This document shows, one piece after another, positions 46,301 to 57,199 of a DNA stretch of 64,000 nt. Under the pieces are notes generated by a model. That model was given only the letters and a program-made list of their open reading frames with translations, was not told the origin of the DNA and ran no database searches. Source of the DNA: Asterionella formosa (taxonomy: Eukaryota); NCBI GenBank assembly GCA_002256025.1, contig NKIB01010224.1, forward strand, positions 1-64,000. Direction: 5' to 3'. The translations under genes and the position numbers were made by a program. Every line of letters begins with the position of its first letter. The stretch's first letter is position 1.

Positions 46301-49300
46301 TTAGTCTATTATAACATAAATATGTTTCATGACAATTCCACTTGTTGCATTCGCCCTTTGTATCGCTTCATTTGATGCAATCACCGCAATTGAGGGATCT
46401 TCCAAGTTAGCCATGTGTTTAATAAACTCCACAAAGTCAATGCGAGATGTATTCAAAATCTGGTCTCGCCACAATTGACGGATGTCCGACGTTTCCTCTC
46501 GGATATACTCTATCAAGAAATCCCAACCAATCTTGTTCGGTTGAGGTGCAGATCCGTCCAATTCAGCAATTGTTCCAATGATGGCATGAATGGCCTCATC
46601 TGGAAGAGTTTCAGTTGTCAGAATGCTCTGGCCCAAGAAAACACTGGCTTGATCATAAATGTCTAGCGTTCTCCCAATGTGTGGATCACGATAACTCATA
46701 AATTTAATTGTTCCACTTCGAAATTCAATGTGACAGTGGACATCAGTAGCACCTCCCTGTTTACTAATATAGTCATGTAAGTAACCATCTTCCAAATACT
46801 TTGACACGACAGATGCCGCACCATCAATTGGCTCCCAAATTGCATATAATTGACCTCCTTTTCCGACGTGGGAGATAGTTTCTGGGTATTCAATCCCTTC
46901 ATCAACAACAGGGGCCATCACAGTTTGCTCCTGTCGAATCTGCGGGACCCACGGATGAACATACGTGGATGGATGCTGGAATCGTGTCGATCGATCATTA
47001 TCTGGAATAATATCCTTGAGAAACACCATGATAGACGACTGCGCTGCATTTAAAAGATCAGCCTCACCCGTAAGGCTGATGACCATTCCATTTCGGTTTC
47101 CTTCTACAATTGCATTTCTGACCTGGTCAAGCTTGACAACGAAGTCCGCCCAGTCGCCCTTTGCATCATCTCGAGCTTGGATCAAATATTGAAGGCTTGA
47201 AATTCCCTCAAGGCGTTCGCGAATCAATCCTTTCTTTGAGTACCGAGCTTCAATTCGACGACCAACGAATTCATCGCCATTTTTCCCCAATTTTTCAGTC
47301 AGCTTTTCAATCATATCCTCAAGAATTTCAATAGTCTTGGCTTGGTTGAACTTGGCACCAAACCAGATAATTTGACCAAGCAACTCGAAATATTGTGAAA
47401 GGCTATCTGCGAGGCACTTGCCTCGGAAGAAGAACTTGGTCGCGAAGTGTGACTCGTCGGTGACAAGGAAAGATTTCCAGTCGGATCCTGCTGGTCGAAC
47501 CTCTTCAACCATGATTTCAGTAAAAATGCCTCCAGAATCCTTGCCGATGGCGTTGGCAAGTTGATCTTCCCTCCAGAGCTTGGTTCCGGTCTCCAAAAAC
47601 AGTCTTGAGATCAGTGGTAGAAGGGGCATATTATAAAATTCCACATTTCCTAGATCCAATCCAAAATCGACATATAAAATTCCGAAGCTTGATTTAACAT
47701 TGGTCTCCGCAACCAAAATGTTTTCCAACACGCGTAATTTAATCTTGTTTGGACGAGTTACTGGATCGATGTCGTCGAGTGTTAAATGAGGAATAGTATT
47801 AATGACAGCGGGTGTATCGGCTGTATTTTGTTTAAGAATCATGCAATCGGTCTCGTCAAGTAGAGCAGAGAAATCTTCAGCTTTTATATTCTGACTGATT
47901 CGATCAATGCGAGCTTGATCAGCCTTAAGTTGGCCTTCAACATAGTGATTATCTGGGAAGAGTTGCACAATGACTTTGTGTCCATTATCTATTAAATGAT
48001 CTCGAAGCAATGTTATAAAGAATTGAGACCCATTTTGCTTGATCTCGGCAACCAGGGCTCCAATGGCGTCCGAAAAGGTAAATGCATCCTCTGGACCTCG
48101 GCCATCATATGTCCACTTTGTCAAGGCCATGAACATGATGGAAATTCCTCGAGGCTGTACACCAGTTGCATGGTCTTTCAGTTGAAGTAAAACAGAGTTA
48201 AAAGCTGCTGAAATTTCATCAGTGCGGAAGCCTGCAGTCTGGTTTATCTCGGCCAATGTGTCTGTAATAATGCCTTCGACTTTTTTCACGTCGCCGCGTC
48301 CCACGCCTTTCATACCAACGCTAAATGTCCATTGCATGAGGTCAGTATTAAGGCCCCCACCAATTACTTCTCTGCCTTTTCCTGAAGTTTCTAACCTATT
48401 GCGCAGAATTCCTGTCGGCGATTCAATCAACATGTAATTCAACATTCGCCAGGCAATTTCAGTCTTTGCATCCATCACGCGATCGTTGATTAGCCACGAC
48501 ATCATGACACGATAGTCACCATTTTCCAACGTAGATGCGTACTCGTGAATCTCGCGCGGACTATTTTCCTTATTGATCTTGTCTTGCCATTTCGGAGACG
48601 AGTTTTCTCTTACATCTTCGTTCAAGTCGTAGGCGCTGACGTAATCGTCTACCTGTTTCAGTCCTTCAGTGACATCCTCAAGCGGACCATACAAAAATAC
48701 CTGAGCATTGGAAGGATGATAAAACTTTTGATGGTATTCAATCAAGGAGGCTCGCGTCACAGATACGATTTCCTCAGGCAATCCGCTGTTATCATAGTTG
48801 TATTGTGTGTCTGGAAAGAGAGCGCGATGAGCATACTTATGAATGCTTAAATCAGGATCCGAATATGCCCCTTTTTGTGTTTCTAACACTACCCCATTGA
48901 AGCGGTATTGTGCTTCTTTGTTTGGATACTTCTGGTAGCGCTTCTCGAGGCGCCAACCTTCCTGCCTAAAGATCCAACTTCCGTGCTCCTGAAGGATGCT
49001 GGGGTCAAAAACTGCGTCCAGATTCACAGCAATTAGGTTTGAGAAGTCCTTCGAATTCCTTGAAGCACAAGTGTACACAGTACGGTCCCCAAAGATAAAC
49101 TGTTTGAGATAAGTCTGTAGCGAACCGCGTCGGAGTTCATCGAAGGGATCCTTCAACGGGAATTTTTTAGAGCCATCCAACACAGAACGCATCAATATGT
49201 GAGCAACTCCATTATCCGATTCGGGCAGAGTCCGAAAGGATATTCCAAATACGGAATCCTGTTCGATATCGTCAGGAACCAGTGTCATTACTTCGGTGTA

Positions 49301-49654
49301 AGTCTTCTTGTGATAGTAGACTACAAGGTCAGCCTGGATCTCAGGTAAGTGTGTGGCTGAAATCACAGAATAACCGCTGTGGTCGATTACAGATTCATCG
49401 GCGGATCCTTTTGAATAAGAGGGAGGCTTCGAAAATAAGGCGACTACGAGGATGACTACAGTGAGAATACCGAATCCAATCAGGACTCTGCAGTTTCGGG
49501 TTTCTCGCTTCCGGTGTAATCTTTCGTACTCTTCTGCCGTTGGAAAGCGATGAATTATATCAGGTAGAGAATGATGATTCGAGATTTCATTCATGTCTAT
49601 GCCATAGTCGTGCGGGGTCGGCAAGAGATCAGTGGGATGTGGACGTGTAGACAT
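46301..49654 (-). CDS. Membrane-anchored, catalytically degenerate presequence protease (M16C/PreP) homologue, paralogue A
   Basis: Intronless 1117-aa ORF. TM segment VLIGFGILTVVILVVALF follows a basic stretch. PreP-like motifs: FGISFRT, GVAHILMRSVLDGS, LDAVF, FRQEGW, YHQKFYHPSNA, FSVGMKG, SYRDP. Confidence 0.9.
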   Translation of the reverse strand: MSTRPHPTDLLPTPHDYGIDMNEISNHHSLPDIIHRFPTAEEYERLHRKRETRNCRVLIGFGILTVVILVVALFSKPPSYSKGSADESVIDHSGYSVISATHLPEIQADLVVYYHKKTYTEVMTLVPDDIEQDSVFGISFRTLPESDNGVAHILMRSVLDGSKKFPLKDPFDELRRGSLQTYLKQFIFGDRTVYTCASRNSKDFSNLIAVNLDAVFDPSILQEHGSWIFRQEGWRLEKRYQKYPNKEAQYRFNGVVLETQKGAYSDPDLSIHKYAHRALFPDTQYNYDNSGLPEEIVSVTRASLIEYHQKFYHPSNAQVFLYGPLEDVTEGLKQVDDYVSAYDLNEDVRENSSPKWQDKINKENSPREIHEYASTLENGDYRVMMSWLINDRVMDAKTEIAWRMLNYMLIESPTGILRNRLETSGKGREVIGGGLNTDLMQWTFSVGMKGVGRGDVKKVEGIITDTLAEINQTAGFRTDEISAAFNSVLLQLKDHATGVQPRGISIMFMALTKWTYDGRGPEDAFTFSDAIGALVAEIKQNGSQFFITLLRDHLIDNGHKVIVQLFPDNHYVEGQLKADQARIDRISQNIKAEDFSALLDETDCMILKQNTADTPAVINTIPHLTLDDIDPVTRPNKIKLRVLENILVAETNVKSSFGILYVDFGLDLGNVEFYNMPLLPLISRLFLETGTKLWREDQLANAIGKDSGGIFTEIMVEEVRPAGSDWKSFLVTDESHFATKFFFRGKCLADSLSQYFELLGQIIWFGAKFNQAKTIEILEDMIEKLTEKLGKNGDEFVGRRIEARYSKKGLIRERLEGISSLQYLIQARDDAKGDWADFVVKLDQVRNAIVEGNRNGMVISLTGEADLLNAAQSSIMVFLKDIIPDNDRSTRFQHPSTYVHPWVPQIRQEQTVMAPVVDEGIEYPETISHVGKGGQLYAIWEPIDGAASVVSKYLEDGYLHDYISKQGGATDVHCHIEFRSGTIKFMSYRDPHIGRTLDIYDQASVFLGQSILTTETLPDEAIHAIIGTIAELDGSAPQPNKIGWDFLIEYIREETSDIRQLWRDQILNTSRIDFVEFIKHMANLEDPSIAVIASNEAIQRANATSGIVMKHIYVIID

Positions 49655-50169
49655 GCTAGGATTCGACTTCAGGGGCGATGCACAATGATAGCATGGGACT
49701 ACTTCTCAAATGAGTTTGTTTTATGATTGCTCATGTTTACAACCGTACACAAGTACGGAGTTTATAATACCGATAGACTCTCCTATGCATATTGACATGA
49801 TACAAAGGTAGTGAACAGGTTGACCCCTAAACGGGTAACGGTACCTGGTACTGTCAATATTATATCCCACCGGGTATAATATTATATGTTAGTCGTCCGT
49901 TGACAATAATGCCGGTTATCATACTAATACTCATACATATTTATAAAATAGACATTCTATGTACACACCTACACAGTACTCATACATATTTAACGGTCCC
50001 TGGCATAAACTTCACCGATATACCGGTACTAGGTACTTTCGGCTTTTGTTTTAGCGGAATGAGAAGGGGAGTCATACGCTATACATAGAGCCATATGTAC
50101 AGGTAGTCGTACTGATATTATCATCCGTGAATGATTATTCCCTTGTACTCTACATGGTACCTGGTACCA

Positions 50170-50213
50170 GTTGAGCAGGACGGATCATAATGACCCGTCC
50201 AGTCCTGCTCAAC
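50170..50213. repeat. Stem-loop ~30 nt upstream of the paralogue B start codon
   Basis: gttgagcaggac (50170-50181) pairs perfectly with gtcctgctcaac (50202-50213). There is alternative inner pairing ggacgg.tcat/atga.ccgtcc. Confidence 0.65.
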
Positions 50214-50244
50214 GCCCCATAAATGAACCGGAATTGTGCCGACC

Positions 50245-53200
50245 ATGCTTAAGCGTCCCACTGACCTCCTGCCGTCGCCGCCGGATTATGGCATCGACAT
50301 TAATGATATCGCAAGTCATCACTCGTTGCCTGATATGATCCATCGCTTCCCAACGGCGGCAGAATATGAAAGATTACACCAGAAGCGGCGTGAAACTCGA
50401 AAAAGAAGAATTGTTGTCGCCGTATGCGTTCTCGTGGCAGCTGTCTTCATTGCCGCCTTCTTTCCAAATAGGTCTAGCGGTAGCACCTATGGCTCCGCTG
50501 CCGACTCTGTCATCGAACACAGCGAGTATACTGTGGTTTCAGCTACCTATCTAGATGAAATCCAGGCAGACCTAGTTGTCTACTTTCACAAGAAGACACT
50601 GACAGAAGTTATGACTCTTGTTCCCGACGATGCACAACAGGATTCCGTCTTTGGGATGTCCTTTAGAACTCTACCGGAATCGGATAACGGAGCTGCTCAT
50701 GTGTTGATGCGTTCTGTGCTGGACGGCTCTAAAAAATTCCCCTTGAAGGATCCTTTTGAAGAACTTCGGCGCGGGTCGCTCCAGACCTACCTCAAGCAAT
50801 TCGTCTTTGGGGACCGCACGGTGTACGCTTGCGCTTCGCGAAACTCGAAGGACTTTGCAAATATCATCGATGTATATTTGGACGCTGTATTTAACCCAAA
50901 CGTCGTGAGTGACAGCGGTAATTGGATCTTTCGGCAGGAGGCTTGGCGACTCGAAAAATACGGCCATAGCAACCCCCACAGCAACGATCAAACGCATCAC
51001 TTCAATGGAGCTGCGCTGCAAATTCAAAAGGGTGCCTACTCAGATCCAGATGTCAGTATTCATAAGTATGCTCATCGTGCTCTTTTTGCTGACACGCAAT
51101 ACAAGTATGACAACTCTGGAACACCGGCTGGAATCTTGACTTTGACAAGAAATGGGTTGATTGACTATCACAAGAAGTATTATCATCCTACTAATGCTCA
51201 GATATTTTTGTATGGTAATGTTGGGGATGTTAATGAAGGAATGAATCAGGTGGACGACTATATCAGCGCCTACGAAGCGCAACAAGATATCAGGGATCAA
51301 TCGGTTCCTCAATGGCAAAACAAGGTCTTTCAAGACGCACCACGAGAACTTCATGATTATGCATCCTCGGTCGCAAATGGTGACCATCATGTGATGATGT
51401 CTTGGTTGATCAATGAGAATCAGTTGGATGCAAAAACTGAAATTGCCTGGCGAATGCTGAACTATTTATTGATTCAATCACCGACAAGTATTCTGCGCAA
51501 GGTGTTGGAATATTCTGGCGCTGGAAGAGAAGTCATTGGAGGCGGTCTCAAAAGCGATCTTTTGCAGTGGACTTTCAATGTTGGTATGAAGGGCGTTAGA
51601 AGCGACGATGTTGAAACAGTCGAAGATATCATCACAGATGCTTTGAACGAGATTTTGCAAAATGGAGGCTTTAACGACGAAGAACTTCAAGCAGCTTTCA
51701 ACTCTGTTGAATTCCAACTTACAGACCACGCCACTGGTATAGTTCCTCGAGGTATTTCTTTCATGTTTGCGGCCTTTGCAAAGTGGACTTATGATGGCCA
51801 CCTCCCAGCTGATGCCTTTCAATTTTCGTCGGGGATTGATGAAATAATCAATGAAGTCTCCAAGAATGGAAATCAACTTTTTACGACGCTAATCAAAGAG
51901 AATTTGATTGAGAACAATCAAAAAGTTATCGTTGAGCTTTCCCCGGATACCAAATATGTAGTCAAGCAGTTGAAGGGAGACCAAGACCGAGTAGACCTCC
52001 TTCGTCAAAGTTTGTCAGACCAGGAGTTCTTCGCCATTGTCGACGAGACTGGGGAAATGAGCCTTAAACAGAAAATGGACGACCCTCCCGCTGTCGTTGA
52101 TACTATTCCTCATTTGGCCATCAGCGATATCGAACCGAAAACTCGTGCAAATACCATAAAGTTGTCCATCGCCGAGAATATTTTGGTGGCAGAAACCAAC
52201 ATTGAATCTAGCTTTGGAATTCTGTACATCGATTTTGGATTGGATTTGGGAAATGTAGATTTTCCTGATCTTCATCTTTTGCCACTGTTGTCAAGACTGT
52301 TTCTGGAGACTGGAACTAAGCTTTGGACAGAAGATCAAGTGAGCAACGCTATCGGCAAAAGTTCCGGCGGAATCTATACCAAGATCCTAGTTGAAGGGGT
52401 CCGAGCAAAAGGATCAGACTGGGCGTCATTCGTTGTAACTGACGAGTCGCACTTCGTTACAAAGCTTTTCTTCCGAGGCAAGTGTCTGGCAGAAAACCTA
52501 CCGCAATATTTTGAGTTGCTTGCTCAGATTATCTGGTATGGTGCTGATTTGAATCAAGCCAGGACAATTGAAATCATGGATGATATGATTGAAAAATTAA
52601 CGGAACTTATAGGAAAGAGTGGTGATGACTTCGTCGCTCGTCGAATTGAAGGTCGCTACTCAAACTATGGGTTCATTCGTGAACGCCTTGAGGGAATTAC
52701 AAATCTACAAATGCTAAGTGACGCACGCAATACGGCTGTAAACGATTGGGCGAATTTCAAGAACAGACTTAACACCATGAGAAAAACAATTGTGGAAGGG
52801 CACCGAAATGGAATGGTCCTCAGTATGACAGGTGAACAAGATCGATTGATATCTGCGAAGTCAGTTATATCAAGTTTCCTCAAGGATACTGTCCCAGATA
52901 ACAAAAGTGCGACTCCGTTCTCGCATCCATCCATAGATGAACATCCTTGGGTCCCCATCATAAGAAATGCAGGCTTATCCCCAAAGTCGAACGAAGGGAT
53001 TGAGTACCCATTACCTATCTCCCACGTCGGAAAGGGAGCCAAATTGTATGAAGTCTGGGAGGCAATCGATGGCGCAGCATCTGTCGTTTCCAAGTATTTA
53101 GAAGACGGTTACTTGCGCGAAATGATTACTCTCCAGGGTGGTGCTGCTAGTGTCCACTGTCACATTGACTTTCAAAGTGGAACGTTGAAACTTTTTAGTT

Positions 53201-53589
53201 ACCGTGATCCACATATTGCGAAAACGCTTGATGTTTTCAATAAAGCAAGTGTCGTCTTGGGCGAGAGAGTTCTCACAAGTGATACTCTTCCAGCTGAGGC
53301 CATTCATGCTGTCATAGGAACAATCGCCGAACTAGATGGATCATCGCCTCAACCTGACAAGATTGGCTGGGATTTCTTGATTGAGTACATGCGAGAAGAA
53401 ACGTCAGATGTTCGTCAACTCTGGAGGGACCAGATCTTGAATACGTCTCATATTGACTTTGTGGAGTACATTGAACACTTGGCTAACTGGGCACAGCCAA
53501 CAATTGCAGTGATTGCATCAAATGAAGCAATACAGGATGCAAATACAACCCGTGGAATTGAGCTGCAACAAGTAAAAATTTTAGTTTGA
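50245..53589 (+). CDS. Membrane-anchored, catalytically degenerate presequence protease (M16C/PreP) homologue, paralogue B
   Basis: Intronless ORF collinear with paralogue A. TM segment IVVAVCVLVAAVFIAAFF follows RRETRKRR. Motifs: GAAHVLMRSVLDGS, VYLDAVF, YHKKYYHPTNA, SYRDP. Confidence 0.9.
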   Translation: MLKRPTDLLPSPPDYGIDINDIASHHSLPDMIHRFPTAAEYERLHQKRRETRKRRIVVAVCVLVAAVFIAAFFPNRSSGSTYGSAADSVIEHSEYTVVSATYLDEIQADLVVYFHKKTLTEVMTLVPDDAQQDSVFGMSFRTLPESDNGAAHVLMRSVLDGSKKFPLKDPFEELRRGSLQTYLKQFVFGDRTVYACASRNSKDFANIIDVYLDAVFNPNVVSDSGNWIFRQEAWRLEKYGHSNPHSNDQTHHFNGAALQIQKGAYSDPDVSIHKYAHRALFADTQYKYDNSGTPAGILTLTRNGLIDYHKKYYHPTNAQIFLYGNVGDVNEGMNQVDDYISAYEAQQDIRDQSVPQWQNKVFQDAPRELHDYASSVANGDHHVMMSWLINENQLDAKTEIAWRMLNYLLIQSPTSILRKVLEYSGAGREVIGGGLKSDLLQWTFNVGMKGVRSDDVETVEDIITDALNEILQNGGFNDEELQAAFNSVEFQLTDHATGIVPRGISFMFAAFAKWTYDGHLPADAFQFSSGIDEIINEVSKNGNQLFTTLIKENLIENNQKVIVELSPDTKYVVKQLKGDQDRVDLLRQSLSDQEFFAIVDETGEMSLKQKMDDPPAVVDTIPHLAISDIEPKTRANTIKLSIAENILVAETNIESSFGILYIDFGLDLGNVDFPDLHLLPLLSRLFLETGTKLWTEDQVSNAIGKSSGGIYTKILVEGVRAKGSDWASFVVTDESHFVTKLFFRGKCLAENLPQYFELLAQIIWYGADLNQARTIEIMDDMIEKLTELIGKSGDDFVARRIEGRYSNYGFIRERLEGITNLQMLSDARNTAVNDWANFKNRLNTMRKTIVEGHRNGMVLSMTGEQDRLISAKSVISSFLKDTVPDNKSATPFSHPSIDEHPWVPIIRNAGLSPKSNEGIEYPLPISHVGKGAKLYEVWEAIDGAASVVSKYLEDGYLREMITLQGGAASVHCHIDFQSGTLKLFSYRDPHIAKTLDVFNKASVVLGERVLTSDTLPAEAIHAVIGTIAELDGSSPQPDKIGWDFLIEYMREETSDVRQLWRDQILNTSHIDFVEYIEHLANWAQPTIAVIASNEAIQDANTTRGIELQQVKILV

Positions 53590-53912
53590 TTAATGCAGCA
53601 GAGTGTTTGGGCTAACAGAGTCTACAAGGTGCAATATATGTACATTTGATAACGATTTAGGGGTGATCTTAACAGAGATGCAATTATACTTCTTTTGTAT
53701 CTTAAGGTTGTGGCCCCACAGTTACACATTGCAAGGTCTGTATTTCCCAAAATATTTTTGATGCACCTCAATCCACACATTACATACAACTAAATAAAAT
53801 AGTTAAAAAGTAAAGTTAGCTTTCACCAAAACCACCACTTTGCATATGCTTAGATACAGTCATTGGTCAACTTAAGGGTATGTTCTTTCCTCAGATATGG
53901 TAAGGACCTCAT

Positions 53913-54036
53913 TTCTGGAGAGAAACTGCAGTTATGTATTGTACATTTGTAACTATCCCATAGATAGTCAAAAAAGGGGCTATGAAGCTTTAATAATTAT
54001 CTGTGATACATAACTGCAGTTTCTCTGGCTCCAGAA
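53913..54036. repeat. Perfect 21-bp inverted repeat (MITE-like)
   Basis: agagaaactgcagttatgtat (53919-53939) pairs with atacataactgcagtttctct (54006-54026), with outer ttctggag/ctccagaa pairing. Confidence 0.75.
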
Positions 54037-55115
54037 GTTAACTCCTGACATTATAGGGTACATGGCTATCTATTTTAATCTTCGTGAAACCCCACAGATG
54101 TAGAGCAATCCTTCTCCAAAAAGTCAACCTGATCAGCTTTTTCAACAGTTGCCAAATGTATTGGAATCAGAATTTTTATGTGCAAAAGCATTCTTGTATA
54201 CATACGAGTCTTGTGTAGGTATGTTTGCCTGCATTATTCTCTGTCTGAAAAGATTCCATGGTAGTAAGCTCCTGCATCACTACAAATATTCTGATTGGTT
54301 GAATTGAATGTATTCACCTGCTCCAGATTGGCTGAGTCTCCCGATCTTGTAAAATCACGCCAGCCACACCTGAACCACTTGTATTAAATGTACTGTATAG
54401 TAGTAAGTAAAATCAGTACTAGTTTTCCCATCATCATGAACCAAGATTGCATACCGGTATCATTATGCACTGATAAACTGGTATATATAAGCCTTTGGGC
54501 TAAAGAAATTCTAGGTCCAGGTATTTAGATTCAATATAAACATATAAATATCATTTCTTTTGTTTGAACAAGACCCATGATTGTTCACACCAATTTACTA
54601 CTGATTTATATATGCTGTATTTTGGCATGAAGTATTACAATATCTACATTCATCAACAAAGAAATAATACAAATGTGTAAATATCATTTGTGTTTGTTTG
54701 AAATGGAACTCTATCAATCTGGTGCTGATTACTATTCAATTTAAATATTGAAACAGAAACTTGAATCATGGGAATTCAAATAAACAAACTCTCTGATCCA
54801 TGCCGATTTTACAACCCTAGTGATGCTTTGCTCCAAACTAGGGTTAAGAAAAATGAACCTTCGCAGCGACACATTTTTCGTACTAGTTCTACGTGACCCA
54901 CTTCATATTTATTTTGGATGATGAAACCAGCCGTATGTTTTGTTAGAGCCATACTGTACTTTATCGTACTACACACATACCGGTATACCAGTAAATTACG
55001 ATGTAACCTCACATACCGGTTCTGGTACTGGTAATAGTCCATGAAATAGCAAAAGATGATGATGTACAGTTGTCGATCATTACATCAGGATAGAAGTGCA
55101 AAAACACTCCCTAAA

Positions 55116-55990
55116 ATGATGCCTATGCTATTTATATTCTTTCAGTTGTTGCTAGGATTTGCTTCTGGATGCTTTGTATTGCCTTCAAGGACTGACAAAA
55201 ATGTGGTTGAACTCGTCGGTGCCACTTCGCGACGGAATATTTTCAGCATGTTAATTGGCGCTCCCTTGATAGTACTCATACCACAGCAGGTCGAGGCCAA
55301 GGACGAGTTATTCAAAACCAATCCATTGACTAATGGGGTTCTGGAACAGGTGAGAGTAGTGCATTAGATCGACAGCCGCGATTGATGTTTATCGCATTCT
55401 TACTCTTGACCAAATACGTTCACGTACGTCCTCACTAGATTCGAATATGGGACCAAGCGTCTGCGGACAATCTGAAATACGGGGGCGAGCTAGCACCAGG
55501 TGATGCTGGAAACAAAGGCAAAGTGGATCAATACCCAAAGCTACTGGTTCCCATTCTAGAAATAGTGCGCGATATCGACACTGTCAACACCCTGGTACGT
55601 GATCGATCAAGTTGGAGCAAAGTCCAGCAAATTCTATCGGATTCCAAGTACGAAAAATTGGCATTTAAAAAGATTTTCAATGCTTATGGCGACAATATCT
55701 ATTATAGCGATCCTGAACGAGCCAATGTTTACCTTGGTGGCGGGGCAACCCCTCGCAATGAACAGTCGTTGGCGTATTTGCTTCGCAATGACATGTTGAC
55801 GAATATTGAATATTTGCAGGCCGAAGTGACATACTTGCTCCGGGATACCACTCCGGAATCCGAAAAAGAGAAACCCGACGATTTGTTCATGTACAGTAAG
55901 GCAGCCAAGGGGGCAATGGACAAATATATGGAGTTGGTGCCTCCGGGCGATTTGGTACAGGCAATGAGGCAAATGCAGGCAGGCAATTAG
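55116..55990 (+). CDS. Uncharacterised plastid protein, probably thylakoid lumen (tripartite presequence)
   Basis: Signal peptide ending ASGC-FVLP, a short transit peptide, then a twin-arginine signal SRRNIFSMLIGAPLIVLIPQQVEA. Intron 55350-55438 joins to the 55523-55990 ORF in frame. Confidence 0.75.
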
Positions 55991-56165
55991 TTGTTCAGTG
56001 GTAGAATATCCAGATGATCGGAAACTTACCCGCTAATGAGTGGTTCGGAAATAAATCATCGTATGATTAGAACTTATATTGTGTACTTGGGTCGCCTAGC
56101 TTTATAGGCCATAATGACCTCCAATGTGTATATTCCCGTTTTAATAAATGTTATTGTTGCTTGAT

Positions 56166-56749
56166 TTAATCATTGATTCTTTTCATCGTATCAGAAATCA
56201 TTTGAAGAATCTCATCCAAGGCCGCTTCACTAAATCTCTTCAAGGACGGTATTAGCGTCAGAGGCTCATCCGGCTTGCTGTCTGCCGCCATTAAGTTCAT
56301 CAAGGCTGCAACTTCAAAGGGGTGAAGTTCAATTTCTTGGCCTTCATCAGTTTCCTTCCGAAAGGTTGTCAAGGCGCTGAAGAAATTTTTGTGAGCGGAT
56401 TTCCAATAAATTGTTAGCTTGAAACATTTAAATTTTGATTTACGACTTTGTACAATTAAAACACACAAACAGATCGACACACGCACTCTTGAAGATTATC
56501 GAGCTCATCTACAAGCTCTTGATGCTCCTTTTCTGGATTTGTCATGGTATTGAAGCGCTCTGCGTATTTCTGTGTCTTGCGATAGACCTCGTTCAACTCT
56601 TCATCCTTGCTCACTGCGGACTGAGCCGATGCTTGTAGAATAATGGCCACTTGAGCGTTGGACAGGATGTGAATGTCAGAAAATTCAGGGTCAAATTGTA
56701 GTTCGGCGGCGTTTTCGTTGACGCCATTTGATGCTTCAGAGTCCATCAT
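56166..56749 (-). CDS. RPB4: RNA polymerase II subunit RPB4
   Basis: ENAAELQFDPEF...LSNAQVAIIL...VYRKTQKYAERF...LHPFEVAALMNL...LIPSL. Intron 56377-56486. Confidence 0.85.
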
Positions 56750-57199
56750 TGTGTGGATATATATTTGATGTATGAGATTGTAGATGTGATGACGGCCAAA
56801 GTCAAAGTCCAGAGACAACAGAGCGAACAAAGCCAATTGTGAAATACATCATATCGGGAACATCATTGTCCTATGTATTTTAGACGTACACATCTATTCA
56901 TCACTATGAAGATAAGCACCGGTAAACCGGCATACCAGTACATGATGTATGTAGGGTGTAGACTCTACCAGGTACCTGGTACCAGGATAAATAACGGTCC
57001 ATACAAGTACTGCGTGGTGTATTGCACTGGGAATTCTGTGTGGGCATGATTTGATTGGCACCAATGAAACCATAAAAATAAAAAACTCATTTTGAATTTC
57101 TTGGCGGCTGCCGTCGCCGCTCTTTGCTTGATTGTTGATTAAGTATACCGGTAGTGATCTTAGTTATCGAACTGATCAATTATCCAAAGTCCTATCGCT

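Noticed and set aside
46301..53589. The PreP-like pair as an assembly artefact or as pseudogenes
   Set aside because: The two copies differ at many amino acids throughout, and both keep >3.3-kb open frames.
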